In this document: piece by piece, positions 37,026 through 47,516 of the stretch
Position numbering within the stretch: the stretch's first letter is position 1
Layout of the letters: every line of letters starts with the position of its first letter
Assembly: GCF_006345805.1 (NCBI RefSeq)
Contig: NW_021834577.1
Coordinates: 1-47,617, forward strand
DNA: 47,617 nucleotides
Reading direction: 5' to 3'
From: Octopus sinensis
Lineage: Eukaryota
Program-made: the position numbers and the translations under genes
Notes under the pieces: model-generated
What the model was told of the DNA's origin: nothing
The model's input: the letters and a program-made list of their open reading frames with translations, nothing else
The model's database searches: none

Positions 37026-38407
37026 ATTTTGGTAAGCAAACTTTTGGTTGTGTGGTAAGCGAACGTCTTACCACACAACAACCCCTGCACCTATATGACG
37101 ATATCATCATCATTTCTTTACCTTCGTTACTTCTACACTAATGGCCGTATTAAATATAAATGTTTCTCTCACACAACATATAACGGACGCTTGTGGACTA
37201 CGAGGCCTCTAAATTACTCTCTGACTAAATCTCACCCTAAAATGCATTTAAGATTCTGTTTAAAGAAAAAAAAAGAACAACAATCAATCTGCCATTGGAA
37301 AACATGCAGAAGATTCACTTGAGGGAATTTTCCGCCAACATTGTTTGGCAACCCGATCTGGTTTGTTTACGTCCCATAACATAGCTACTTCGCGAAACTA
37401 GCTTATACGATAAATTCTAGATTTAACAAATTAAGTATTGGTAGATTTGTGCAAGGAAGACCTCGTCGCAATCAATGATTGATACAAATAACAGTTAAAA
37501 GATATGAATCATTAAGCAAACATCACACACACATATGTACAATATTTAGTTTTTTAAAAAATGTATTTTCTTCTTATTTTTGATAATCAATTTTTGGATC
37601 TCCTAAATATTTATATTAGAAAATGATTTGTTTCAAGTAACAAATATTGGTCTGAATTTTTCTTATTTATTTCAAACATGAAAAAGAAATAAGAAATTGT
37701 GTCTTTTATAGATGTGAAGGCAAGTTGTTATGTTCATTGTTGCTCGTAATTAAATATGATTGATGCATAGCTAATTTCCTGTTGCGGAAATATTAGAATT
37801 ACGTAATGTATGGATCGAGTTCCTGTCAACAAACTAATTAATATTGGAATGAACAGTAGCTAGCGATATTGTTGAGGAAGTGAGATTCCAGCCAGCTGTG
37901 ATTTTCATTGACTTTGTTACAATAGCAAATATACGCTTAACAACGAAATTTTATTTCTAGCGAAATCTATAACAACATTCGTTTTGATGTCACCCGCTAA
38001 AACACGATCAATACTTGTTAATCTAAATTTAAAATAAATATCTAAACAGTATTGTAGTATTTTTGCTATTATATAATATTGTACATTATTTTCAAATTCA
38101 TTTTAATTTGCATTTTATTGTTTTCAAAGTATTGATTAGATAATCAGACATCTGGATCTTCAATTAAAGTTTCAATTGTTCTTGGATTTGTTTTAATTAT
38201 ATTAATTAAATTTTCTTACAAATTGTTAAATACGAGGATTGAATTATTTCTTTGTCATCAACAGAGACTATTAAATTAAAATGTTATTCATATAACACAT
38301 AATCCTAATGAGAGATTTTGTATAGAATTGCAACTTAGATACGAAAAAATCAATAGAAATTTGTATACTCTAATTTGATGTAAATCTTCAAAAACGATTT
38401 TACATCT

Positions 38408-38451
38408 ACACACACACACACACAAATACACATGCACTCACACATATATAC

Positions 38452-38485
<34 letters not shown>

Positions 38486-38675
38486 ACATGTGTGTGTGTT
38501 GTGTATATATATATATATATATATACATATATACACACACATATATATATGTTGTATATATATATTATATATATATATTATATATATATATATATATGTG
38601 TGTGTATATATATATATTATTATATATATATATATTATATATATATGTGTGTGTGTGTGGTGTGTGTGTGTGTAT
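38408..38675. repeat. Compound (CA)n/(TG)n/(TA)n microsatellite region
   Basis: Direct inspection. Confidence 0.9.
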
Positions 38676-38963
38676 GTTACTGTTTGTTAATCTCATAACC
38701 TATATATAAAAGAGATTTCGAAGATTTACATTACATTAACGGACAATTTTCTATTGATTAGTTTTTTCGGAGTTGGAATTTACAAAATCTCTCACCGAGG
38801 TTATATTTTATATCAATAACATTTTAATTAAACTCATTCAGCTGATGATGCCAACAGAACATTAAAACCTTAGGCCAGGCAGTCTGGTAAAGAGGTTTCC
38901 TCCCAACCACAAAGTAAAATTTATTTCAAGCCAAAGATGCATTTTGAAAACCAAGCCAATTTT

Positions 38964-38998
<35 letters not shown>

Positions 38999-39125
38999 TT
39001 TAACAATTAAGGATAATCTCTTAATAAGGGATCTTAACAAGAATTATCGGGTAGCTAGCGTGAAAACCTCATAAAAGAAAAGAATCCGAAAATAATTTTT
39101 TTTCTTTTGAACAAATTATTATATC

Positions 39126-39367
39126 TATATTGTATAAGGGCATTATTACACATAAATGCCTCACACTAGGAGGGACAAAGTCATTACTACCAAAAATTAT
39201 ACTAATCATACCCAAATGCAGTTTTTCAAGCAAGACATTTAAATGAATTATAATTCATTTTAAATGTCTTGCTTTGAAAACTGCATTGGGTATGATTAGT
39301 ATAATTTTGGTAGTAATGACTTTGTCCTCTCCTAGTGTGAGGCATTTATGTGTAATATGCCCTTTAT

Positions 39368-39375
<8 letters not shown>
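39126..39375. repeat. 250-bp spacerless palindrome
   Basis: Centre AAATGAATTA|TAATTCATTT at 39250/39251. The arms match to the ends apart from a few single-base differences, mostly indels. Confidence 0.9.
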
Positions 39376-39399
<24 letters not shown>

Positions 39400-39440
39400 A
39401 CCAGACATCTGGATCTGGAACCAATTTATATATATATATA

Positions 39441-40180
39441 ACAATAATTAAGGCTTTAGCTACGAGTTTAGCAGAGAGGGTTGTCTGTGAAGTCATATTT
39501 TGTAGCGAAAAGAAATAACGGTCTTTTGGCTGCTATTTCTAAATTTTTGGGTATGTGGTTAAGCAACTCGTTGCTAAACCCTTAATTATTGTTATAATTA
39601 TATATGAAACTTCTCGTATAAGTTTTTACCGAATATGGTTCTTTTCCATACCGAAACTACTTGGTGAAATTTATTAATTATAAATTAATAATTTTTTACC
39701 CTATATCTATAATAATTATTTTACTCCCTGATAACAAGAAAAGCTGCGGATCTAATTCCTGCGGTACTGTCTCGTGACGCACATGGTGTAGAAATTGGTG
39801 GCAAATATGAATTTCACTCGTCTATATAAGTTTGGATATGCTAACTACCTTGTGTGATGTTCTGATGACGCTTGGTCAGAAATGCAAAGGGTAAGTCTTC
39901 TAGCATTTTTCATTTATAACTATCGGAATATTATGTTGATAAGGAAATGAGTTTTATAACTCTAATCCAGAAACGCGTCCATAATTAACCGAAGGATGTT
40001 TGATTTCATTATTTTCCTTTTTTTTTTTGCCTGTGTGAGTTACAGAGAGGGTTGTCAGTGGAGTCGTATTTTGTAGCGAAAAGAAATAACGGTCTTTTGG
40101 CTGCTATTTCCAAAGTTTTCGGTGTGTGGTTAAGCAACTCGTTGCTAAACCCTTAATTATTGTTATAATTATATATAAAA
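39441..40180 (+). mobile_element. Diverged relative of the array unit (~1.3 copies, ~571-bp period); Penelope-like terminal repeat / retrozyme-like
   Basis: Direct repeat 39465-39605 vs 40043-40180. Shares GCTGCTATTTC...GGT(A/G)TGTGGT..GCAACTCGTTGCTAAACCCTTA with the array minus strand. Has a 28-bp inverted copy of the terminus at 39441-39468 and a hammerhead at the equivalent position. Confidence 0.75.
39930..39985 (+). ncRNA. Variant type I hammerhead (U3-A8 core)
   Basis: AUUAUG-UUGAUAA-GGA(AAU)GAGUU(UUAU)AACUC(UAA)UCC-A-GAAAC-GC-GUC|CAUAAU. Stem I is 6 perfect bp and stem III is the palindrome ACGCGU. There is one extra A before GAAA. Confidence 0.65.
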
Positions 40181-40689
40181 CGGAATATCGCCTGGGCGGT
40201 AACGATTCTGCCAGCTCTTTGCCTTAGTACTGATTGTGGATATTGTCATTGCTATTTGCGGCCAACTAAATATATAATGCTGTGTTCTGTTTGTGACTTT
40301 GCAAAAACATCATACACCCTAATGGCAAGGAAATTATAATTTTACGTTTACGCTCTTATGAAATAAATTAACGCTACAAGCGATAATTAACCCCGTTTTG
40401 GGGGATAACGGGCGTCGTAATATCTGAATATCAAGATTAATGAAAAGGTCTCCTATTTTAATAAAAGTGCACAAGTTTGGTGTTAAATTGTTTTTTTTTG
40501 CATTTGTTGGATATCGGCATTTTACTGGGATTGTAGTATATAGCTTTTACAGAAATCACTGTCTAATAATCTGTTGGATAATGGCATTAAGATATTTTCA
40601 ATATTTCCCTATTTGTTTAGTGTAGTAGATTGATTTGCGGGTATAGAGGAGAATGCATCAATTCTTTTACAAGGACCATCAGAGCAATG

Positions 40690-40988
40690 TATAGAAATTA
40701 TAACAAGCGGGCGAAAAACGACTCCTGAACTTTGTGAAAAAGCAAAGCTAATCTATTATGGCGATATTCGAACAAGGAGAGGTGTGGAAAACAATATCAT
40801 GAAAATAAAAGTTGAGTGTAGGAGATCAAGAGGCACGATTAGATTATCAACCAAATGGATAGACAGAGTGACGAGCCGATTGGACAAGAGGAGTAGAGAT
40901 AGCTGGAGATCTCCGCTTAAACGTGAAGACTTTCGTTGTTGTGTTACGAATATCTTGCAGGCGTACGATCATGACGGCGACGACGACG
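40690..40988 (+). mobile_element. Degraded RTE-like LINE 3' end
   Basis: KLIYYGDIRTRRGVENNIMKIKVECRRSRG...KWIDRV...REDFRCCVTNI, followed by a short (GAC)n tail. Confidence 0.55.
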
Positions 40989-41219
40989 GAGACATAGTTT
41001 AGCAGAGCAGTTAAAGAGTCTCATTAAAATGTTTTGCGATATTTCCCTTCAGCTCTTTACGTTCAATTCCCAGTGTAGTGTGGTCATTTTAGACTTTCAT
41101 CGTACTGGGTGTTTATGTAAACGAATGTTAACTTTCCTCACGTTTGATATCTTCTTTCAATGCGGCAACATAATATTTAATGACAATTTTACAAACGTGT
41201 ATATACATATATATATATA

Positions 41220-41260
<41 letters not shown>

Positions 41261-41263
<3 letters not shown>

Positions 41264-41688
41264 AGTGGCTGTGTGGTAAGTAGCTTGCTTACCAACCGCA
41301 TGGTTCCGGGGTCAGTCCCACAGCGTAGTACCTTGGGCAGGTGTCTTCTACTATAGCCTCGGCCGACCAAAGCCTTGTGAGTGGATTTGGTAACGGAAAC
41401 TGAAAGAAGCCCGTCGTATATATGTATGTATATATATATATATATCTATATATATATATGTGTGTGTGTGCGTGTATGTTTGTGTGTCTGTGTGTGTTCC
41501 CCTAGCATTGCTTGACAACCGATGCTGGTGTGTTTACGTCCCCGTCACTTAGCGGTTCGGCAAAAGAGACCGATAGAATAAGTACTGGGCTTACAAAGAA
41601 TAAGTCCTGGGGTCGAGTTGCTCGACTAAAGGTGGTGCTCCAGCATGGCCGCAGTCAACTGACTGAATCAAGTAAATGAGTAAAAGAG
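41261..41688 (+). mobile_element. SINE family A, copy 1 of tandem duplicate
   Basis: Shares private variants with 41750-42177. Confidence 0.95.
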
Positions 41689-41699
41689 TATATATATAT

Positions 41700-41743
<44 letters not shown>

Positions 41744-41749
41744 ATATAT

Positions 41750-41914
41750 AGGAGTGGCTGTGTGGTAAGTAGCTTGCTTACCAACCGCATGGTTCCGGGT
41801 TCAGTCCCACAGCGTAGTACCTTGGGCAGGTGTCTTCTACTATAGCCTCGGCCGACCAAAGCCTTGTGAGTGGATTTGGTAGACGGAAACTGAAAGAAGC
41901 CCGTCGTATATATG

Positions 41915-41960
<46 letters not shown>

Positions 41961-42174
41961 CGTGTATGTTTGTGTGTCTGTGTGTGTTCCCCTAGCATTG
42001 CTTGACAACCGATGCTGTGTGTGTTTACGTCCCCGTCACTTAGCGGTTCGGCAAAAGAGACCGATAGAATAAGTACTGGGCTTACAAAGAATAAGTCCCG
42101 GGGTCGAGTGCTCGACTAAAGGTGGTGCTCCAGCATGGCCGCAGTCAACTGACTGAATCAAGTAAATGAGTAAA

Positions 42175-42177
<3 letters not shown>
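41750..42177 (+). mobile_element. SINE family A, copy 2 of tandem duplicate
   Basis: Near-identical to 41261-41688. Confidence 0.95.
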
Positions 42178-42219
<42 letters not shown>

Positions 42220-42654
42220 GAGACAGGGAGAAAGGTGTGTGTGTCTGTGTTAACGCTTGTATCAGCCACCCCGTTTGACAACTGATTTTGGCTTCTTTAC
42301 GCACCCGTAAATTACCAGTTCTGCAAAAGTGTCTGATAGAATATGTGCAGTATTCAAAAAAACAAAAAGCGGCATAAATAATGGGTATGTTTATATATGT
42401 ATATATATAAAATTTAAAATTGAATAAGGGTAGAATTTGATATTAATCAATTAAAACCAGTGGCCCAGCATATTTTTAAAAAATCCGAGGATTAAAAATA
42501 TTCTCAACACATTCTTCGTGGAAAATAGCGATTTTGACGTCTATATCTAACATATTGACCGTCCACTTTTAGTGGTCAATCCTTTAAATTTTGTATGTAT
42601 ATATATGTATGCATTTGTAATGAGATAAAAAAAGAAACAATTAGATAAATAGGA

Positions 42655-42705
42655 GGCCTTACAACTGTTTCTAGGATATTTATTATATCCCTTCATCGGA
42701 GACGG
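42655..42705 (-). ncRNA. Degenerate minimal hammerhead-like motif (CCGAUGA core)
   Basis: Minus strand GUCU-CCGAUGA-AGGGAUA(UAAUAAA)UAUCCUA-GAAAC-AGUU-GUA|AGGC. Stem I is only 4 bp. Confidence 0.4.
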
Positions 42706-42912
42706 TGTGAGAAGATGGTTAAATAATAGTTAATTTAGATAGGATACAAAATAGAGAGTGAGGTGGAAGAACGAAAGAAGATGTGAGATATGCAGAGATA
42801 TTGTAATTGTCGATCCATATTTTAGGCAGAGTGGTATACATAAAAGATTCCAATCCCTTATGAGTAAAATTCAATAGTATTTAAAACTGGTCATTCCAAG
42901 TATAGAGTTTAT

Positions 42913-43192
42913 TTTCTTTTAATTTATGCGCCCTTTTCAAGCCTAGTCAGGCTCATAGGCCCGGTTTCCCGATTTCTTTGGCATATGTGTTCCTCCCAGC
43001 TGGACTGGACGCCAGTCCATCACAGCGTTACTCAAGAAGCAGGAAGAAAGAATGAGAGAAAGTTGGGGTGAAAGAGTAAAATAGGGGTCGCCACCAAGCC
43101 CTGCCGGAGCCTCGTGGAGCTTTTAAGTGTTTTCGCTCAATAAACACACACAACGCCCGGTCTGGGAATCGAAACCGCGATCCTGCGACCGC
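42913..43192 (-). mobile_element. tRNA-derived SINE family D (V-domain-like), inserted in the left arm of the foldback
   Basis: Minus strand B box GGTTTCGATTCCC and GTGATGGACTGGCGTCCAGTCCAG (resembles the V-SINE central domain); 8-bp TSD GAGTTTAT at 42905-42912 and 43193-43200. Confidence 0.8.
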
Positions 43193-43882
43193 GAGTTTAT
43201 ACAGTGTTATTGAATCAAATGTTTTATTTAAAGTGACCTAAAAATAGGGAATGTATTAGTAAGGTCAAATCGAAAACAGGAAAAGAATAAAGAAAGAGAA
43301 AAAGAGAAAATAGAAAGAAAAAAGATAAGTGAAAGAAGAAAATAAGAAGAAAAATAATAAAATAATAAAAACATAAAATATTTTTTCTTCTTTATTTTAT
43401 TTTTCTTATTTTTACTTCTTTATTCTTTTTTCTTTTTATCTCTTTATTCTTGTTTTTTCTGTTGTTTTGTCTTTCTTTTTTTCTGTTTTTTTTGGTTTTT
43501 CTTTTTTATTTTTTAATATATTTTTTTTATTATTGTTCTTATTTTCCTCTCCCTCTTTTCTCTTCTTTCTTTTTTCTCTTTCTTTATTACTCTTTTCCTG
43601 TTTTCGATTTGACCTTACTAATATATTCCCTACTTTTAGGTCACTTTAAATAAAACCCTTGATTCAATAACACTGTATAAACTCTATACTCGGAATGACC
43701 AATTTTTTCTATTGGATTTTACTCACTGGGTATTGGAATCTTATCTGTATACCATTCTGCTTAAATAATGGATCTACAAATACAATATCCCTGCATATTT
43801 CACATCTATTTTCATTTCTCCAACGCATTCTCTGTTTCATATCTTATCTAAATTAACTATTACTTAACCATCCTCTCACACC

Positions 43883-43930
43883 GCCTCCAATGAAGGGATA
43901 TAATAAATATCCTAGAAACAGCTATAAGAT
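43883..43930 (+). ncRNA. More degenerate copy of the same hammerhead-like motif
   Basis: GCCT-CCAATGA-AGGGATATAATAAATATCCTA-GAAAC-AGCT-ATA-AGAT. G5 and G16.2 are mutated. Confidence 0.3.
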
Positions 43931-44340
43931 CTATTTATAAATGTTCTAAAATCTACACAGCCTTGGGTTTTTTTATCTCATTGCGAAAAAAAAAAATTAT
44001 ATACACACGCTGATATATGACCTACGTTGGACCCCATTGGCAGAAATACACCTTTAGTTCATGTAAGTGATATCTATCATTATATATAATTTACACATTA
44101 ATTTTCTTCTTACATTTCACATTCACTAGATATATCTTTTTCCAAGACTTTAGGGTTTTATTTATTTTGCACATCGTTATATACTTCTCATTTATTTGTT
44201 TTTTTCTTTCCTTTACTCTTACTCTTTCTATAGGCTACCTTTGACTTTAATCCTCTAAGGTTTCTTTTAAAACAAACTTAATAGCGTTCAGTTAATCCAT
44301 CATATTCTGTTAAAATGTCCTATTGGCGAGTTTCATTTCT

Positions 44341-44435
44341 TCATTTCCCTGAAGAGAAGATTACATTGTTTTACACCATTTTATTCGTTTGGAATAATAC
44401 CAGTGATATCTTCGAAACATGTCAGAAGTAAAAGA
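44341..44435 (+). ncRNA. Solitary type I hammerhead-like motif with long stem II
   Basis: CUGAAGA 44349-44355; stem II GAAGAU/AUCUUC (44356-44413); GAAAC 44414-44418; AU; GUC 44421-44423. Stem I AUUUCC/AGAAGU has a C-A mismatch at the first pair. Confidence 0.6.
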
Positions 44436-44626
44436 ATTTGAATAACACCTGCGTTTAACTCCATTTATCTATTTATTTATATATCATTCAAAATATTTAT
44501 ATATATTCTTCAAAATATTTCTACCTTTAAAAACAAGGAGCCACGCTCTTTTTATTTGAGTGATTTTTTGCTACCCTCGTAATTATTTATCTATTTTTCC
44601 GTGTTAATTAACAAGGGAAAATCACA

Positions 44627-44627
44627 C

Positions 44628-44661
<34 letters not shown>

Positions 44662-44701
44662 ATCTATCTATCTATATATATATATATATAGATCTATATA
44701 T

Positions 44702-44735
<34 letters not shown>

Positions 44736-44823
44736 ATATGTATATATATCTATCTATCTATCTCTCTCTCTATATATATATATATATAGTTATCTATCTA
44801 TATATATATATATATATATATAG
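44627..44823. repeat. (TATC)n/(TA)n microsatellite next to the Tx1-associated duplication
   Basis: Direct inspection. Confidence 0.9.
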
Positions 44824-44991
44824 ACCTACATAACATTATTAAAATTGTTGGATTTACCGGCTAAATATGAGGGGCTTGTATTCTACATAGATTTCCTGGT
44901 ATATACTTGTTGGAAATTTAATCTTATTCCTTTATACTGAGAGCTTACATGATTTTTTAATCGCAATTTGTCTTATATATATGTACGCATA
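44824..44991 (+). repeat. 168-bp direct duplication, left of the Tx1-like element
   Basis: Identical to 47348-47516 except for one A in a homopolymer run. Confidence 0.95.
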
Positions 44992-47307
44992 CCCGGTTTT
45001 GTGAGTCGAGGAGCTGTAACTCTGCTGAAGAAAGATCCAAACAAGGGAAACATTATAGATAACTTTAGACCAATCACGCTGCTCAATGCAGACCTGAAAA
45101 TTTTGACAAAGGGTTAGCCCAAGAGTTGGCGCTTGTCATCGAGAAACTGGTCGACAACGCACAAACGTGCGCCGTGCCGGGCCGGAGCATCCATGACAAC
45201 CTCCATCTAATGCGCTACATCATAGACAGGGTAGTTAACGAACCTGGCATGGGTGGGGCCCTGATCAACTTGGATCAATCGAAAGCCTTTGATAGGGTAG
45301 ACCATCGATACTTGGAGGCAGTCCTGAGAGCGGCTGGTTTCGGTCCCGTCTTCCGCGGCTGGATAGCTGCCTTGTACAGAGGCATCCATTCGGTAATTCG
45401 CGTAAATGGACATCTATCGAGACCTTTCGACATTGCACGTTCGGTCCGTCAGGGATGCCCCCTCTCGACGCTTCTATACGTATTGACTCTGGAGCCACTA
45501 CTGCGGAAGCTGGCGACTCTAAGGGGCATCCCGCGAGAATTGGGATGCGGGACGAGCGTGTCTGCATACGCGGACGACGTCACCGTCATAGTGTCAAGCC
45601 ACGAGCACATCGAGCGGGTCGGCGAGACACTGAAAGACTACGAAGCGGTGACAGGAGCAAAAATCAACCGGGAAAAGTCAGTGGGCCTGCGGCTCGGCAC
45701 CTGGAGAACAAGCCCATGCCGTCCACCAGTACCTCCGTCGTGGGACGCTGGACAGACGGCCCGGTTGAGTTGCTCGGGGTCTGGTTCGGTCCGGACCTCC
45801 AAATGGAGAAGAACTGGAACGAGATAACGAGTAGGGTGGTCACTCTCGCCCAGCAATGGGCCGAGAGGAAACTGTCCCTAAAAGGTCGGGCGGAGGTGGT
45901 GAACGCATACATCGCGTCCATCATCTACTACCGCCTGACCGTCGTACCTTGTCCCGACCCTACCATCGCCAAACTAGAACGCATCCTCTTCCGCTTCTTG
46001 TGGAAAGGATGCGTCCCGATGGTCAGGCGATCCATTTGCTGTCAACACCCGTTAAAAGGAGGGCTGGGCATGCCGTGGTTGATGATGCGCAGACACCGCG
46101 CTGAGACTGCGACATCTCCGGCTCTATGTAGACGACGGTGAACAGGTGTGGTCGCCGTTGTGAGGCACGCATTCCCGCAACTCGTCTCCATGACCGAACT
46201 ACAGTCGTGGATCAAAAAGAGGCCGAGGAAGGGCGAATGGCACCGCGAGTGTCGCGTTGCTCTCAAGCAACTCTGCCGTCCCGGGTCGACCTTGAGTGAC
46301 TTCAACACAACCAAAGCATTCTATAGGGGATTAGTGGAGGGGAGGTACGACGACGAGCTCGGGGCAAACCTGGGCGTCGACGAGGAATACCTGACCCGCC
46401 TGTTTCAAACGACTTTCGGCCCGGGACCTATGGACAACTTCCAGAGATCCCTGGCCTGGCGGTGCTACCGAGAAGCGCTACCCGTTCGGGATAGCTCTAT
46501 AGGCATGGCTCGAGAAACACGGGGCCGACCTGCCCGAGATGCGGGCAGAGCGACGAAACCGCTCTGCACGCAATCGTGCATGTCCAACAATTTCCGACCT
46601 GTGGGCTTATGTCGAACGACTGCTGTCACGTGTGGGGCGTGTCGGTTATCAGCCGAGTCTATCGTTAATATCGTCACGCCTCCTTCTTTCAACGGGAAGG
46701 AGAGCTATTTTTATCATACTTGTGCTATGGCGAAAGAAGAATGTATCTGTGGACGCCCTGAAAGGATTAGAGACAAACACTTTCCTCTCCGGTCAATCTC
46801 TCATCAACTTCTTCAAGTATCACTTGAACAAAAAAGTGAGAGTAGAGAGGCAAGTTTTGTCTAGTGAATGATTTAAAAAAAGATGGGTGAATGTAGCAAG
46901 GATGGCCGTAGAATGACGAAGCCACCTTGACTATGATTCTATGAACCGTAAAAATTAATACAGAGAGTTGCTTATTTGCAAAAAAAAAAAAAAAAAAGAA
47001 ATATAACATGTGACTTCATGACCGAGGTTACCTTGGTCTTTTCCGTAGGCTTTTCTTTCCACGTAAACCTCACCTGTCCTCCCCTTTACACTTCATATTG
47101 ACATTTCTGTGATAACGATCCCTATTGATCAATTTTTTTTCCTCTCCCCCTTTTTTTAACCCCCCCTTTTTTTGTCCTCTTTCTCTCCTTTTACGATCCC
47201 TTTTGATCGACCGCCCCTTTTTTCATTTTTTTTTTACCTTCAAAAGAAAAGCTCTACCTTGTAATTTGTTCTATCTGTGTGCAGCCCTGTGTGGCTAATA
47301 AAGAAAC
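44992..47307 (+). mobile_element. 5'-truncated Tx1/L1-clade non-LTR retrotransposon (RT + C-terminal zinc-binding region), frameshifted
   Basis: ORFs 45126-45827 and 45455-46141 contain RPITLLNAD.KI, LDQSKAFDRVDH, VRQGCPLS, YADDV and KLSLKGRAEVVN; CPRCGQSDETALH occurs near 46540. The 3' UTR ends AATAAAGAAAC followed by (TA)n. GC-rich relative to the flanks. Confidence 0.9.
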
Positions 47308-47347
47308 ATATATATATATATCTATCTATCTATCTCTATATATATAT

Positions 47348-47516
47348 ACCTACATAACATTATTAAAAATTGTTGGATTTACCGGCTAAATATGAGGGGC
47401 TTGTATTCTACATAGATTTCCTGGTATATACTTGTTGGAAATTTAATCTTATTCCTTTATACTGAGAGCTTACATGATTTTTTAATCGCAATTTGTCTTA
47501 TATATATGTACGCATA
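47348..47516 (+). repeat. 168/169-bp direct duplication, right of the Tx1-like element
   Basis: Second copy of 44824-44991 (ACCTACATAAC...TGTACGCATA). Confidence 0.95.

Larger units (their letters stand above)
42655..43930. repeat. ~1.3-kb foldback (inverted repeat) with Penelope-like outer arms and purine/pyrimidine-rich centre
   Basis: 42660-42912 is the diverged reverse complement of 43677-43930. 43193-43290 is the reverse complement of ~43590-43684. The centre is an A/G-rich tract followed by a T/C-rich tract, switching at ~43380. Confidence 0.85.

Noticed and set aside
38143-39420. Shared 15-mer CAGACATCTGGATCT at ~38145 and ~39402
   Set aside because: Too short, and without extended homology or structure.
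39860-39890. CTGATGACGCTTGGTCAGAAA as a hammerhead core
   Set aside because: No stem II consistent with the core register, and no stem III or NUH follows.
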